DNA of 64,000 bases. Origin: Vicugna vicugna (lineage: Eukaryota). The notes beneath the pieces are model-generated. The model was not told the DNA's origin, did no database searches, and saw only the letters and a program-made list of their open reading frames with translations. This document shows, piece by piece, positions 63,520 through 64,000 of the stretch. Each line of letters begins with the position of its first letter. Positions within the stretch are counted from its first letter, which is position 1. Location of the stretch: contig MU058257.1 of assembly GCA_013265495.1 (NCBI GenBank), positions 62,001-126,000 of the forward strand, read 5' to 3'. A program made the position numbers and the translations under genes.

Positions 63520-64000
63520 TAGATGGAAATTGTTTCTGAAGGTGAGCTCTGAAAAGTACCTGGTGTTGGGAAAATTAAGTCTGAGATTGTAGGATTGAGC
63601 AGGTGGCCCAGTGTGGCTAGAGCATCCGTGTGGCTGCCCTGATGGCAGATGATGAGGTAAAGGCAGGATGTTTTCACCCAGACGGTGAAAGCCCGAATGT
63701 GTCCCCCCCAGGCCCTTGGCCCTTTGATCTAGTGGGCGCTGTGGAGCTGTTGCAAGTTTTCTGTAAAGGAATCGTCATACCCGAGTTTAGAATGGAATCT
63801 GGAGCAGCACTGTGGATGATTGACAGATGTAGAGAAGATACTAGAGGCAGAGAGACCAGGAGGAAGATAATTCCAGCCAACCAGGCAAGACATTGGGAGG
63901 CTCTGTTCAGGAGCAGTGAGCCTGAAAAGACAGAGAAACGAGAGGCATCCAGTAGGTTCCCACCCAGAGGACTTGGTGACTCAGGAGAAAATAATTCCCA
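63520..64000 (-). mobile_element. L2 fragment (antisense)
   Basis: gtgtggctagagcat...ctggagcagcactgtggatgattga...gaggcagagagaccaggaggaag..aattccag...aggacttggtgact. Confidence 0.6.

Noticed and set aside
1..64000. CRISPR arrays, operons or a novel multi-gene system
   Set aside because: This is mammalian intron/intergenic DNA; I saw no repeat-spacer arrays, intact transposases or reverse transcriptases, or unexplained long coding regions.

Overview
Mammalian genomic DNA, most likely a camelid (camel/alpaca lineage). This is inferred from six short tRNA-Ala-like SINE copies of Vic-1 type and from not seeing Alu, B1/B2, Bov-tA, PRE or CanSINE. Two genes lie head-to-head about 29.5 kb apart. PRPF18 is on the minus strand; only its CpG-island promoter and first coding exon (1306-1371) are in the window. 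BEND7 is on the plus strand, with a CpG-island promoter containing a 297-N assembly gap and five coding exons (30878-61457) that splice with GT-AG junctions into 278 uninterrupted codons; the BEN-domain exons lie beyond the window. The rest is intergenic or intronic DNA rich in decayed transposons (L1, L2, MIR, MaLR/ERVL/ERV1 LTRs, hAT and Tc1/mariner elements), several of them nested. Almost all ORFs in the supplied track are spurious. I found no evidence for a novel multi-gene system. The best leads are small: an unidentified 288-bp polyadenylated insertion with a perfect 12-bp target-site duplication (TSD), a SINE dimer and a SINE+L1 composite each bounded by one TSD pair, a solo LTR with retained promoter architecture oriented toward PRPF18, and unusual splice-site features of BEND7. 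Repeat family names come from recalled consensus sequences, and repeat boundaries are approximate.
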